Under the pieces are notes generated by a model. The model saw only the letters and a list, made by a program, of their open reading frames with translations. It was not told the DNA's origin and searched no databases. This document shows, piece after piece, positions 22,101 to 33,600 of a stretch of DNA of 64,000 nt. The first letter of the stretch is position 1; every line of letters begins with the position of its first letter. The position numbers and the translations under genes are program-made. Source of the stretch: a virus; IMG/VR virus record IMGVR_UViG_3300027763_000038, positions 32,001 through 96,000 of that record; one strand, given 5' to 3'.

Positions 22101-24573
22101 CTATTGTATCATCTATAAAGTTACCTTCTTCTTCCCAGGCCCCATCAGTAGCTATTTCCCAATCGGTATAAAATCTACTACTAGTTGAATAAGCAAAACC
22201 TCCATAACTAACTGATGTCTCCCCATCACTATTACTAAAAGGAGACGTTTGATACCATCTCATTTTAGGTGTTTTCACCATAAATTTCTTACCATAGTAA
22301 GTATTACAAATATTTGCAAAAAAATCATGTATCTTTTTTAAATCTGCATATAATGATTGAACGTATGGCTGAGAATTTTCAATACTAATAGTATATGCTC
22401 TTGGTTCTTTAGTCTGAGTAACTGTACTTTTATTAACTGCATCCCAATTAATAATATTTAAACCAGCTAAAAAATCTCTTCTATTACCAAAAGTAGGATA
22501 TTGAGCACAAAAAGCTGAATATATTAAATCTGCAATGTCTGTATTAAATATGTTGTCAAAACAATAAGAAAACCAAGCTTCAAATCCACCACCAGCTGAT
22601 CTAATTTCATTTTCTAAAACTACAAACTCACCACTAGAGCCAAAAGATTTAGTTAATAAAGATGTAATATCATTATTTCTAAAAACAATTTGTAACTGAC
22701 CTGTCTTACGGTCTAAATATACTTTTCTCGGTTCATGCCAGTCAATAGCTGATGGTACTGTGGTTGTGGTAGTATCTTGACCATGGTAACCAAAATATGG
22801 ACTAATTAAATCATTGTATAAAGGATAGCTTTCATTATTTGCAAAAGCAGGATTAGGATTACCTCTGTAACGAGAAGCTGGATCTTGTTCTTCTGTAGGA
22901 AAATAATTTCCTCTATAAATATTCAAAGAGGTTCCAAAAGTATCTATAGTCTGAAATACGTCCCAATCATTAATTTGACCAACTGCTGATCCGCCATCTG
23001 TAGAGGTTTGAGTATATCTAGTGCTACCAGCATCTGGTATTCTAAAATAATTTTCATAATTAGTACCAGCACTAGTGGTGCCACCAAAATCCATAAAATG
23101 ACCAACACCATTATTATAGTATGGATCAAAAACTAAACTACTCTGTTTAGAAGATATATGTACAGATTTAACTTGTAATAATCTTTGCTGTTTACTTCCA
23201 ATATACATGGATCTAATTTCTTTATCATTATATTCTTGTCCATATGTATAAGAACTCACTTTTGCTCCAGCACCAACTAAATTAGCTACTATTTTTTTAA
23301 TAATTTCTCTAGGTGGTTGATTTCTTTTACTTACTGTACGAATGACAATAACTCCAGAAAAATTACCGACTTCATTAGGATAATTACTATCTGGAAGTCG
23401 AAAATCCACATAAAAGTCAAAACCAGAACCATTGCATATTTTGCTTATAAAATCAAGTATACTAATAGTTGGACCAGTATTTAAAAATAAGTCATTAGGA
23501 GGTATCGGTAATTCACTTAAGTCTAATTTTAATTTTGTTCTTCTAACACTATCTGTTGCTAAAATATTAGGACATAAACCACATTCTTGCAGAGTCATAG
23601 TTTGGTGAGGAGTAGCATTTGTGCTGAATATTTGTTGACTACTAACATCAACAGGAACTCCACTCATAGTTAATGGATGTTTAGCAATAATTGCTCCATA
23701 CGGAGAAAATGGGTTACTTATGCCTCCCGCTAAGTCTTGTAACGCATAATAAATTTGTAAAGCTGAAACTCCACTATCTGTTTTCCCAGCATATCCAAAG
23801 CCTTTGTTTTCTAAATATCCAAAAATATTAAATACATTTGGCATATTGCCCTTAACAATATCTGATGTATAAACACCAGTAGTATTTGATGGAACAGCTA
23901 TGTCATCATTAATTTCAGTTGATATTGATCCCATGTAGTCATCAATAATTAACCAAGACCCAGCTAGTAAACTAGCATAACTTTTTAGTGTAACTTCAAA
24001 TAAGCCACTACCGCCTTGACCACCATTAGCTTTCCAATCGGAAATCATTCCTCCAAAAGATATTCCGGGTGAAAACTTAAAAAAAGCTGGAGCACCAATA
24101 ATGTCATAAGCATCACGAACCAAGCTACTATCTGGATCATATTTAGGTAGTCCTAAAAATCCTGGATCTGGATCAGTCCAGTTTTTTTTCACATTATTAG
24201 CATTATCCCAGTAAACTTTTCCAAGATCATTATATTGATTTTGATCTGCTATTTGTGGACTTATAGTTTTGAATAAATTTCTACCAGGATCAGCATCACT
24301 AAATGAACCATCTGTGTTTCTTCTTAGCGCTGTGGATCCTCGGTTAGTATTAGAATTAGTATTAGCTACCAGAGTGTTAAGTGGACCATATTTTGTTGAG
24401 GCCGGGTGATATGCAGGGTCTGATACTAAGTTAATTGTTATTGAACTAGCATCGGCACCCCATCCTAGATTCATATTAAAACTAGTTAAGCTACATCCTA
24501 AAAATAATGTCTGATTATATGGCCCTACTTCTTCATATGATCCAGGACATGTAAACGGATTCTGTGGAGGCAT
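19105..24573 (-). CDS. large tail-tip/hub-like structural protein (1822 aa)
   Basis: Third gene downstream of the TMP; N-terminal beta-rich hub-like pattern (FLGCSLTSFNMNLGWG...ILDFISKICNGSGFDFYV); CAFCKGSG...CPFC insertion. Confidence 0.55.
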   Translation of the reverse strand: MPPQNPFTCPGSYEEVGPYNQTLFLGCSLTSFNMNLGWGADASSITINLVSDPAYHPASTKYGPLNTLVANTNSNTNRGSTALRRNTDGSFSDADPGRNLFKTISPQIADQNQYNDLGKVYWDNANNVKKNWTDPDPGFLGLPKYDPDSSLVRDAYDIIGAPAFFKFSPGISFGGMISDWKANGGQGGSGLFEVTLKSYASLLAGSWLIIDDYMGSISTEINDDIAVPSNTTGVYTSDIVKGNMPNVFNIFGYLENKGFGYAGKTDSGVSALQIYYALQDLAGGISNPFSPYGAIIAKHPLTMSGVPVDVSSQQIFSTNATPHQTMTLQECGLCPNILATDSVRRTKLKLDLSELPIPPNDLFLNTGPTISILDFISKICNGSGFDFYVDFRLPDSNYPNEVGNFSGVIVIRTVSKRNQPPREIIKKIVANLVGAGAKVSSYTYGQEYNDKEIRSMYIGSKQQRLLQVKSVHISSKQSSLVFDPYYNNGVGHFMDFGGTTSAGTNYENYFRIPDAGSTRYTQTSTDGGSAVGQINDWDVFQTIDTFGTSLNIYRGNYFPTEEQDPASRYRGNPNPAFANNESYPLYNDLISPYFGYHGQDTTTTTVPSAIDWHEPRKVYLDRKTGQLQIVFRNNDITSLLTKSFGSSGEFVVLENEIRSAGGGFEAWFSYCFDNIFNTDIADLIYSAFCAQYPTFGNRRDFLAGLNIINWDAVNKSTVTQTKEPRAYTISIENSQPYVQSLYADLKKIHDFFANICNTYYGKKFMVKTPKMRWYQTSPFSNSDGETSVSYGGFAYSTSSRFYTDWEIATDGAWEEEGNFIDDTIVVGSSQASLFSDDDNKIQPILGFNANGDFASRDFWSQTYLATRNDPNSLTALMLAMSHSFGSVVDRSEYFYFPLDHSMQPDQYLYVPYQNPTISNLGLENVTNTLVGATLAPTTPHGEPIPSGWQFKMYVKSEVEPKVIFLKDIDDLYRPRAILSLPDPLYLGGGKSDAQDSLSYVQLHDALIIMNRGSAQPPNNRSRTNNSLKATSNPMNWKAILCAWGFSSTMKLIGGNHGISINNSAENVVIAKKATCPEFAAVPVKYNRYTYGPWINHPGLQGVSSLIFIPPDADNPYNQDALNNLVNNLVGGVKVNVQDDLVPWNYGGTNALDAVVMNIIKDDINYQQVTEQGSISAVGLLLKDPNGKSYSIGSVLKLTAEDTAGPIVTNFNVSLNNAGITSSYNMRTYVKKIGFFNKENSDRIRDTNLEFMKRRRDTNNSINSALNKIKSNIFPKSNNGLLGGADTPKPLRWSPFEILAGAAYPQLNFQSSIGDIYADLGFSPSWSKFPYSKNTSYNTKDMLRYLTNVSVQDIQELPRELKDDYSQKSFMSLDGLLSPISFYPTLYGSTYNITKYPRDNCAFCKGSGNYTWEKFDIPRDSGSQPSGFAGLIQLKSSQTDVCPFCETIDNKEKRAYKSSSPKQTNPPYILASGDDLTIISKNANTGQPSGETNQNTIINYSTLNPVLLATGEFSCFQNRQSGDLTGHSIDLVGLGMTVPETGNSLKFAYSSTIEKNFLDYDQNYIDHCAAKSIPGPTGASGCPANNARFFGLRGPLMVHAWGYDLEGFPVPNSSGEPKLDTNGEIVKDTSGNIIYKNQTQKPDQTWTEPYKENSFYKGWGQLPGTWPVGPVDLRWDDVAGVWVAGGNGYKPIWVVIETDLVGNQPSRGEIVDDSYSNQPLASGLRRLVFVKDPLGVNGAPRGAHVYCNYNGQNGFYEPIFNKPSMTSGIIRGANSVDMYNLYRNTSGTYLTTFSNPLDFNVNVGDAGLFTFMGSGWVLQSYRC

Positions 24574-24601
24574 TTGATATCCTTGTATTCTTAAAACTAA
24601 A

Positions 24602-26209
24602 TTATTGTTCTATGCATCTTACCCATTCCCAAGTTTTACTAGTACTGATTCGTCCTTCTTTTGGATTCCAATTACTAGTATTAGCCGTTACATACGATTT
24701 GATACCTGCCGTATTAGCATATCCAATTGTAAAACTGGCAGGATTAAATCTTTCTACTACACCTGTTATAGTAGTATAGTGGTCACCTGGGAATAAAAGA
24801 TCTACTAAACTACTAGGTTTAGGAAGCACTACTTCAAAATTAACAGTTCTAGATGATGAACTAAAAGTTCCCAAATCTTGCAAAATAGGACCTAATTTAC
24901 GTCCTAATACGAAAATAGAAGCAATCATAGGAGTAGCATGACGATCATCAATACTTAGTGTTTCGCTAATAGCTCCACTAACCAAGGGTCTTGGTCTATT
25001 GTTAAAAACCCAACTATATGTTATTGTTCCTTCCGCAGGATTCATTCCTTCTGTTATGCTCATAGGAACAGGGTTTATTGGAGCAAGTCCGCTGCTAACG
25101 GAAGTTGAATAACCCAGAGTCATCAAAGTACCAGTAGCAAAAGCGCTACTTATTCTATTAATTAAACCAGATTTTATTTCAGCATATCCACTTAATGCGT
25201 TAACAAATTTGGTACCATTAGTTCCATTTGCATGAGTATTATCGTTATATAATTGATTTAATGTACCAGTTAAAGATCCACTAAGATATGGAAGCATACT
25301 ACTATTGTATATATTTCCACTATTCATTAACTCTAAACCTTTTATTGTACCCTGTACTGTTACAGTTCTTAATAATTCTGAGTCTAATGAGCTATCAATA
25401 TTAAAAGTTTCTATATATGGTAATGTTACTCCACTAGGTACTCCTATCCAATTATCTGTTATTCTAAAAGATCCTTCAACTTCGCTAACATTTAAACTTC
25501 TAACAAAATTATATAGCTTCAATCCAACAACACCACTATATGTTGGAGGTTCTCCAAGTTGATAATTTACCCATCCTTTAGCATTTTGCACAGCACTAAA
25601 TGAAGATCCTCCACCACTATTAGGTATGTACTTGCCTACTGCTCCAAGAGTACGAGTAATTCGATAAAAAGGATAATGTTGTCCTTGGTTAAAAGAAAGA
25701 GCAGGATTTCCATATCCTGGCAAATAATTACCTAAACTAAACGGCCCCTTAGCAAATGCTGTTTCATCTAAAGTTTCAATACTCCATTCGTCTTGAGTGC
25801 TATTAACATAAAATGCTGGACTAATACCTGTAACAACACTATCTTCAAATTGTAAACCAATACTATAGTCAATAGTAGTTGTCCAATTATTATCTGTTTT
25901 ATTAGCAGAATATTGGGATACTTTACCTCCAGAAAATATACTAAGAGTTGACCCACAACCAACTGTTAATGTACCGCCATCGACAAATACGGATCTCAAA
26001 CCACTTTCTAATGTTAGCAGTTGTGGCAATCCACTATTACCACTACCCGTAAATAATTGTCCTTCTAAAGTAACAGAAGTGGTTGCTCCAATAGTTCTTC
26101 CCGCTCCATTTCTTTGATATTCTTTAGAAATAGAAACAGACGGAACTGGATATCCACTTGCTCCTTGAAAACTAAAAGATCCATATTTAACAAATGCTGA
26201 CGTAGCCAT
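24602..26209 (-). CDS. virion structural protein, possibly distal-tail-like
   Basis: Beta-rich, Ser/Thr/Gly-rich; position downstream of the TMP. Start moved to ATG 26209 (MATSAF), which follows AAGGA. Confidence 0.5.
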   Translation of the reverse strand: MATSAFVKYGSFSFQGASGYPVPSVSISKEYQRNGAGRTIGATTSVTLEGQLFTGSGNSGLPQLLTLESGLRSVFVDGGTLTVGCGSTLSIFSGGKVSQYSANKTDNNWTTTIDYSIGLQFEDSVVTGISPAFYVNSTQDEWSIETLDETAFAKGPFSLGNYLPGYGNPALSFNQGQHYPFYRITRTLGAVGKYIPNSGGGSSFSAVQNAKGWVNYQLGEPPTYSGVVGLKLYNFVRSLNVSEVEGSFRITDNWIGVPSGVTLPYIETFNIDSSLDSELLRTVTVQGTIKGLELMNSGNIYNSSMLPYLSGSLTGTLNQLYNDNTHANGTNGTKFVNALSGYAEIKSGLINRISSAFATGTLMTLGYSTSVSSGLAPINPVPMSITEGMNPAEGTITYSWVFNNRPRPLVSGAISETLSIDDRHATPMIASIFVLGRKLGPILQDLGTFSSSSRTVNFEVVLPKPSSLVDLLFPGDHYTTITGVVERFNPASFTIGYANTAGIKSYVTANTSNWNPKEGRISTSKTWEWVRCIEQ

Positions 26210-26244
26210 AATAATAAATGTCCTTTCCCTAAACAAACTTAAAA

Positions 26245-29200
26245 CTAAACTGATCCGTATAGAGGATTAGCTCCAGGATGATTAAGCTGATTAACTCTAG
26301 CAGTAGCTGACCATAGAGCAGTCCATCCACCACCACCACTAGCAACTATACTAAGTCTTGGGATACTACTAGTATTTCTTATTTCTGTAGATAAGCTCAT
26401 CACACTTGGCATAGTATCTCCATAGTATCTAACATTTTCATTACCAAATTTATAAAACTCAGTACCAGCCGCTGATCTATATACGCCACCCTCAATTTCA
26501 TATGTTCCAGCAAATTTTCTAGGACCCTGTGGACCACCTTGTACACCAGACTGCCACAATACTGAAACACTAATTTTATAACCCCAAACTCTATCATATT
26601 GAGCAGAGCTTAAACTATAAAAATCATTAAAATTAATACAATTATTTGAAGTTTCATCCGATATAACGCTACTTTTTGACCAATTAGTAACTAATGGATT
26701 ACCAACACCATTTGGTCCTGTTGTGCGAGTTCTTAGATAATACTGAACATATTGAGATGATCCATCATATACTCTGTTAACATCATTATGGTTAAATGAA
26801 CCACCCGCAAATGAGTGACTATTATATGTGCTGGTTACTGAAGGTTTGTAACCAAAAGCTATACCAGGACAACTTTGTGGATTACTTGTTTCTACTTGGG
26901 TTTGATATGCTTTAAGGCCGCTAGCAGTAACCCAGGCATAACCATTATACGCAACATATGCACCATCGTCTTTATCAGTAAATTGACTTCCATTAGAATT
27001 TCTTTTGGTAAAACCAAAATTAGTAATAAATGAACCATCTGCTCCTTGTGCAGTAGAGACGACATTGAGGGGGTAACTATTGCCGATAATATCAGTAGAG
27101 TATGCTGTGAACTGATTATTAATATCAAGATTGCTAAAACGAATATTTCCAGAAGCATCAGTTCTTAAATAATATCCTGATGGAGCAGTATCATTTCCCA
27201 CCTTCAATTCTGTTACCCATGCTTTACCATTTACATATAAAGCAGCTTTTGGATTATAGGTAGATAAATTAGCAGCAGGAGTATTTATAGCTACTGCTCC
27301 AGTTGGACTAATATGGAAACCTTTAAGTTCAATTAAGCCAGAATTTAAAACTGAAAACCTGTTACCTAATCCACGATTATTAAATACCGTATCTACTTGT
27401 GAATTAGAGCTTAAAATTATGTTGTAGTAACTATCATATCCATTTGTTGGAACGGTGTCTTCTGTAACATCAACGGATGCGCCCATAGCCATAACTTGCT
27501 GTGAATTAATCCAGCGAAGAGAGCTATTTCCAGTAGAATATGCAGCACTATTAGAAAATAGAAGAGTGTTGGGTCTGGTAACATAAGAAGATAATTTACC
27601 ATTATTATTAACATACAAGTAAGTTCCAGTTAAACTAACTGGCAATGTTAATCCACTATTTAAACCAATATTATGGAAATTACCAGAGTTACCACTAACA
27701 TTATAAAAGTTAATTTTATGATTAACATAATCGGTATCAAATAATACTCTAGCAAAATCTACCCCACCACTACCACGGATTCTTACTTTATATGTTGCTG
27801 CTTCATCATTTAAGAATAGTCCAGTACTATTAATATAAACTTCATTATATCCACCTAAATTAAATCCTAATTGTTTGATAGTAGGATTATATGCAATCTC
27901 AGTAATACCACTAGCTCCCTTATCTGTAACCTTGAATAACATACCTCCATTATCACCAGATAATCTAACTGGTAGCTGCCATGTTCCAACACCATTAGTG
28001 TTAGTTGTTAGTACATAAGCGTCAGGAGCAGAAAAACCTAGTTTGAAATCTGTTGTAGTGAAAAGTCCACTAACAGAAAGAGAGGACGTGGGACTATCTG
28101 TATTAATACCAACACGATTATTATTAAGATTAGCATTGATAACGCTGGTAGAATCTGAAGCAGACTTAACAATAAGGTTTTGTTGTAGTTTACCAGAATT
28201 AAAGACAATCTTATAGTTATCAAGAATCATCTTATTGCTATTATTAGTTCCTAAATATATAGTATCATCTACAACACCAGTCAAACCATAGCCGATAGCT
28301 ATATTTCTAACACCAGATACATAATTATTATATCCTAAAATTAAACCACTACTAAAAGGATATTTGTTATTGGATCCGACAACAATATTATTAGACCCGT
28401 AAACAGGATTCACCTCTGCTCCACCAGCCCCACCCATTCTTTGGTATGGCATAATAAGTCCACTAACAACAGTAGACGCAGTATTATTATCATCAAATGC
28501 GTTATTCATATAGTAATAACCATTTGTACGATCAAGAATAATTGGAGTATCAAGTGTGATATAGGTTATAGGCTCTATGGTATCTTCAACAATAGCTGTG
28601 ATAGTTCTTGTAAAAGTATTACTCACTGATGGAGGATTCTGAAAAGAAACTAATATTTTATCTCCCTGTAAATACTGGGCTAATAATCCTTTGGTTGGAA
28701 TATTAATAACAGTACCGCCAACATCCGTCATTGTACAGGTATTTCTTGTGTAACCTAGAGTATTATTACGACCATAAACAATATTATTTAAGCCGTCTAA
28801 TTTATTTGAGGTTCCAACAGCGATACCATTATTAACAACTTGATTATATCCAAGAACAATATTACCACTACCAAAAACATCCATTTTTTTATCAGCAGTA
28901 TTGAAAACAATTGATTCTTGACCAACAAGATTAATTTTGCTACCTACTGTGCCTAATTGACTTCCAACTAACGAATTAGAATTACCAACATTATAAGCGC
29001 TTGTGCTATTTTTAAGATTGTTATATGATCCTAAAGTATTGCTATTTGAACCTGATATAGCATTTTTATTACCAACTACAATATGACTATTACCAGCATA
29101 TACAACATTATTAATACCAGCAACTATAGAGTTGATAACAGTTCCGGCCGGTCTTTTACCTGATCCTGTTATAGTTCCAACAGAATCAATATAAACCCCT

Positions 29201-30612
29201 GTCTGATTGTTCAATATACCGAGAACTAAATTATTTGTACTAGCTGATGAAACAGCATTAGTGTTGCCCATAACTAAATTATTAGTAACAGATCCACTAA
29301 TATTATTAGTATTGCCTAATATAACAGATCCAGTAATATTTTCAGTAATATTGGATTGACCAATCAATAATATCTGGTCTGGAGTACCACTAGTTAAATT
29401 ATTATTAATACCAATTAAAATACTTTGTGATAAACCATCTTTTGTATTAATATTACCCATACCTAAAAATAATAGCTTATTAGAGTTAGATAGAGACATA
29501 TCATTACCGATAAAAATACCACTAGTCATAGTATTTAAAGATTGATTTGATCCTATGGAGATTAATTTTGATCCTAGAATAGAATCAGAACTACCATAAA
29601 TATTATTATTGTCTCCAGTAACAGAAACTAATGACCCAACAACATTATTAGAATTACCAATTAAATTATTCAAGTTTCCTATGTATATGTTATTGTTGCC
29701 ACTGTTGGTGGCATAGGCTCCAAAAATAATACCTGATGATCCGGTGTTTGAAGATAATTGGGTTAAACCAATACTCATATCTCCATTAAAATTATTATTA
29801 TCTCCCATCAAAATATTGTTTGATCCAGTAAGGGAGTTGGAGTTACCAATAAAAATATTGGATATGCCAGTAATGGCTACAGTATCACCCATAGCAATAT
29901 TGTTAGCTCCAACAAATTTAGAATTATTAACCAGAGCAACAATTTTAGAACCATTAATAGTATTAACACTACCAATAATTAAACCACTATTAGATAATCC
30001 ACTATTATATGCTCCGATACTTGTGATACCCACGCCGGTCACAGCATTATTACCACCAACGACAGTGTATGCATAACCAGAAACGCTATTGTTACCGCCC
30101 AACACTACATTCTTAATATTAGCCCTAAAAACGGGAGTATTGGTACCGCGATTATCAACAGTAAAAAGAATTTCGCCACTAGTATAGCCAGTGATAGGAT
30201 CTAATATCTTAGAGATAATTTGTCCATAGGCAATTTCATTATAACTAGTATCTCTACCAGCCAAATTAATAGTAGCTGGTAAACTTCCTGATAGTGGTGT
30301 TGTTTGGGGATTATGAACTAATAATAGAGTAACCCCAGTAGGACAATTTGTTACGCTTTCAACAATTAGACCATCTTTAGAGCATGGAGCAACAACATGC
30401 AGAATAGCATCTGGTACACCCGTACCAATACCTAATCGTCCAGTTGAGGCATCAAAATACATCAAGCCATTGCCGGTTCCTTTAATGCTAAAATCAATAT
30501 CTAGCTTATTAATATTAAAAGAGCTAGCGACACCAGAGGTGTTTGATAGTTTTATATCTGGTGTTGTACCAGAACCAATATTTAGTATACCGGAAATTGT
30601 TGTGTCAGCCAT
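26245..30612 (-). CDS. tail fibre/spike with long G-x-x-N beta-helix repeat region
   Basis: GRLGIGTGVPDAILHV and RVGINTDSPTSSLSVSG fibre motifs; dozens of (I/V)(I/V)GxxN repeats (YadA-head-like). Confidence 0.75.
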   Translation of the reverse strand: MADTTISGILNIGSGTTPDIKLSNTSGVASSFNINKLDIDFSIKGTGNGLMYFDASTGRLGIGTGVPDAILHVVAPCSKDGLIVESVTNCPTGVTLLLVHNPQTTPLSGSLPATINLAGRDTSYNEIAYGQIISKILDPITGYTSGEILFTVDNRGTNTPVFRANIKNVVLGGNNSVSGYAYTVVGGNNAVTGVGITSIGAYNSGLSNSGLIIGSVNTINGSKIVALVNNSKFVGANNIAMGDTVAITGISNIFIGNSNSLTGSNNILMGDNNNFNGDMSIGLTQLSSNTGSSGIIFGAYATNSGNNNIYIGNLNNLIGNSNNVVGSLVSVTGDNNNIYGSSDSILGSKLISIGSNQSLNTMTSGIFIGNDMSLSNSNKLLFLGMGNINTKDGLSQSILIGINNNLTSGTPDQILLIGQSNITENITGSVILGNTNNISGSVTNNLVMGNTNAVSSASTNNLVLGILNNQTGVYIDSVGTITGSGKRPAGTVINSIVAGINNVVYAGNSHIVVGNKNAISGSNSNTLGSYNNLKNSTSAYNVGNSNSLVGSQLGTVGSKINLVGQESIVFNTADKKMDVFGSGNIVLGYNQVVNNGIAVGTSNKLDGLNNIVYGRNNTLGYTRNTCTMTDVGGTVINIPTKGLLAQYLQGDKILVSFQNPPSVSNTFTRTITAIVEDTIEPITYITLDTPIILDRTNGYYYMNNAFDDNNTASTVVSGLIMPYQRMGGAGGAEVNPVYGSNNIVVGSNNKYPFSSGLILGYNNYVSGVRNIAIGYGLTGVVDDTIYLGTNNSNKMILDNYKIVFNSGKLQQNLIVKSASDSTSVINANLNNNRVGINTDSPTSSLSVSGLFTTTDFKLGFSAPDAYVLTTNTNGVGTWQLPVRLSGDNGGMLFKVTDKGASGITEIAYNPTIKQLGFNLGGYNEVYINSTGLFLNDEAATYKVRIRGSGGVDFARVLFDTDYVNHKINFYNVSGNSGNFHNIGLNSGLTLPVSLTGTYLYVNNNGKLSSYVTRPNTLLFSNSAAYSTGNSSLRWINSQQVMAMGASVDVTEDTVPTNGYDSYYNIILSSNSQVDTVFNNRGLGNRFSVLNSGLIELKGFHISPTGAVAINTPAANLSTYNPKAALYVNGKAWVTELKVGNDTAPSGYYLRTDASGNIRFSNLDINNQFTAYSTDIIGNSYPLNVVSTAQGADGSFITNFGFTKRNSNGSQFTDKDDGAYVAYNGYAWVTASGLKAYQTQVETSNPQSCPGIAFGYKPSVTSTYNSHSFAGGSFNHNDVNRVYDGSSQYVQYYLRTRTTGPNGVGNPLVTNWSKSSVISDETSNNCINFNDFYSLSSAQYDRVWGYKISVSVLWQSGVQGGPQGPRKFAGTYEIEGGVYRSAAGTEFYKFGNENVRYYGDTMPSVMSLSTEIRNTSSIPRLSIVASGGGGWTALWSATARVNQLNHPGANPLYGSV

Positions 30613-33600
30613 TATTTTCTCCCTAAAGCGCCTTCTGTTTGATCACTAAGAGTACCCATAGCTCTACCAACTTCTGCAACAACCATGTTACTGATTGCTG
30701 TTTCACTGAGCTGCTTTAACACTTCTGCTCCATTAAATACTACTTCAACTTTATGATTACCCATAACATTAATAACTGGTGGTAAGTTTATTGCTTTTAA
30801 TTGGCCAATAAATTCTGCAAATTTTGTCGTAAACTGGCTTAATCCATCCATATTGGGTGAGGATGAGCCTCCACTATTAGATACACCACCACCAGCACCA
30901 GATTCATCAGTCATTCCACCATTAGCTAAATACTTAACGCTACCACCACGACTATATCGATTATTGTTTATAGCTTGTAATAAGGGAAGATTTTGCTGGG
31001 CTGATGCTCGGTTAACAACAAACTCGCCCGGTGTTAACATAGCAGGAACAGTATCGCTTCCCCTTGGAATATAAGGAATCATCATTCCATGGTTAGCATA
31101 AATCATTCCACCGTATTGTTTATGAGTTGGTTCGGTGGTTGGAGGTGGGGGTGTTTGTTCTGGTTTTTTCTCTCCTGCAACTGAATTACCAGAAGCTTGT
31201 GATGCTTGTCCAGACATTATTTCGGGATGTTTCTTAAATAATATTCGCCATCCAGCATCAATAGCATCGCCTTCTATTTTTGCTCTTGCTTGACCATTAA
31301 GTATATCTAAAATACTCTTACCATTAACTCCTATTTTGCTAGCTTTTGGATCACGCTTTAAAATTGTATAAGCCTGTAAAGAATTATTGTAAATTGTTGT
31401 TAAATACTTATGTCTTTGTGTGTCTATGTCATATTGTTTTTTAGCATTAGTTTTAATTTCATCAGCTGATAGTTTACCCCATACTGACCAATATTTGTCT
31501 GCTAATCCTTCAGCAGTTAATGACTCATTTATTGCATCTGCTTTTAAAGCATCAAACATTTGTGGACTAGTTTCAGCTTCATTTTTAATTTGTAAGATTA
31601 ATGAGCCAGTTTGAGTTTTAGCGAGTGATCTCTCCATAATTATTTTTTGTTTTTCTTCTTCTGTTGGCGGCTGTGATCCTTTTGGGACACTACTAGATGC
31701 ACCTGCCATATCGGCCCAACCGCCGCCTTTAGCATATATGACTCCTCCCTGAGAATAAGCTTCAGTTTTACCATTATTAATGGCTTTTAATAGAGGTAGA
31801 TTTTTTTGTGTGGCAGCTCTGTTTACTACAAATTCTCCGGGTGTCAACATTGCTGGAACAGTATCTGTTCCTTTTGGTTCATAAGGAATCAACTTGCCTG
31901 TCTGTGCATAAATTACTCCGCCAGAAGCTTTATATTCTGGTTTAAGACTCAAAGGCCCGAGCACTTTACCATTGCTATATTTAAAATCCTGCGGTAAAAT
32001 ACCAGGAACAATTGTTGCATTTCTTTGATAAATCTCTTTTGCTCCTACTTCATTATAATATGTCTCTCTAAATTTATTAGGAAAGTCTATTCCACCAAGC
32101 TCTTCTGGAGATACTGCAACTAAATCATTAATATTGGTAAAAGGATTGTTTTTTAATTTAAATCCTATATCTTGACCAAGCTGTTCTAATGCATCTATTA
32201 GATCTTGATGTCCAGATTGTTGTAAGTCATCAACAGATGCTTTACCTCTAATAAAATCAGCTTCAGCTTTAGCTTCAGGATTTTTTGATATCAACTCTAA
32301 CAGAGTAATATTCAAAGCTTTAGCTGTATTTTTAAGTTTTTCTTCTGTTCTTTTGATATATTGTGATTTTACAGATATTAATTCTTCTCTGAATTTTTTA
32401 GCAGCCTCTATTGCTGCTTTTTGTTTGGGTAAATTATCTACTATTTCTTTTAGATAATTTTTTCTATCTTCTACATTTTGTTTATTATTATATTCTTTGT
32501 TATTTTCTTTGTTTTGTTCTGTTCTCTCTTTTGATTCTTTTCTTATTTGTGCATCAGATTTTTCTACAACAGTTATAAGTTTTCCATCTTTGCCTCTTAT
32601 GGTACTTGCTACTTCTCCATTTTCTTTTCTTTGTTGTCCCTGTTCTGTTAAAGATCTTCCTTTTGGATCTTGCGGATCTGGATCATTTAAGCCTTTAAAT
32701 TCACTACCACTTATTGCTAATAGTCTTTCAAATGCTGCTGTTGGTCCACCATCTTTCAGATATACTACTCCACCAGAGGAATAACCCTTACTATCACTAC
32801 CACCTCCACTATTAATTGACTTTAATAAATCAAGATTATTTCGTGTAGCCTTAGCATTAACAACGAATTCGCCAGGAGTTAGCATAGCAGGAATAGTATC
32901 TGTGCCGCGAGGTTGGAAATTAATTAATTTGCCTGTACTAGCATAAACTGGTCCACCATTGTCAAATCCATATGCTTTCATTATCTTTTTAAGTAATTCT
33001 TTTGCTAAACTATTCTTTGAAAACTCACTAGTTTTCATAGATTGTATAATATTTGTAAATACTTCTCTATTATCATCTACTAACTGTTGACCACTATAAG
33101 GAGAATTAGTAACCTCTTTTAAAGGAGCCCATCCTTTTGGATCTAGAGCAAAATTTTGAATATCTGGTTTCAAACTATCTAATACGTCTGTCTTCATAAA
33201 CATATTATTTTTATCTTGTAAAGCATGTCCCAATTCATGTTTTAATAGTTCTGGATCTTGATTTTTACTAGAAATTTTCTTTGTTGTTGCATCATATTGT
33301 GCATCATATTTAGGAGATTGACTATTGGGTTCAAATGATTTTACTCCAAATTGTGCGTCAGCATATTCTTTTAATTTTTTCTTACCTTCTTCACTACTAG
33401 TATATGGATATAATTGTTGAGCTAGATCAGAACTTAATCCTTTAATTAAACCTCCTGTAGAAGCATATATAACTCCACCCTTTTCTCTATATTGTGGAGG
33501 TAATGGTGGTGGTCCTTTTGGTGGTAACGGAGGTGGTCCTCCTGCTTGTCTTGGAAGTGGAGGTGGACCATTTCTAAGTGGTGGGGGTGGTGGAGGTAGT

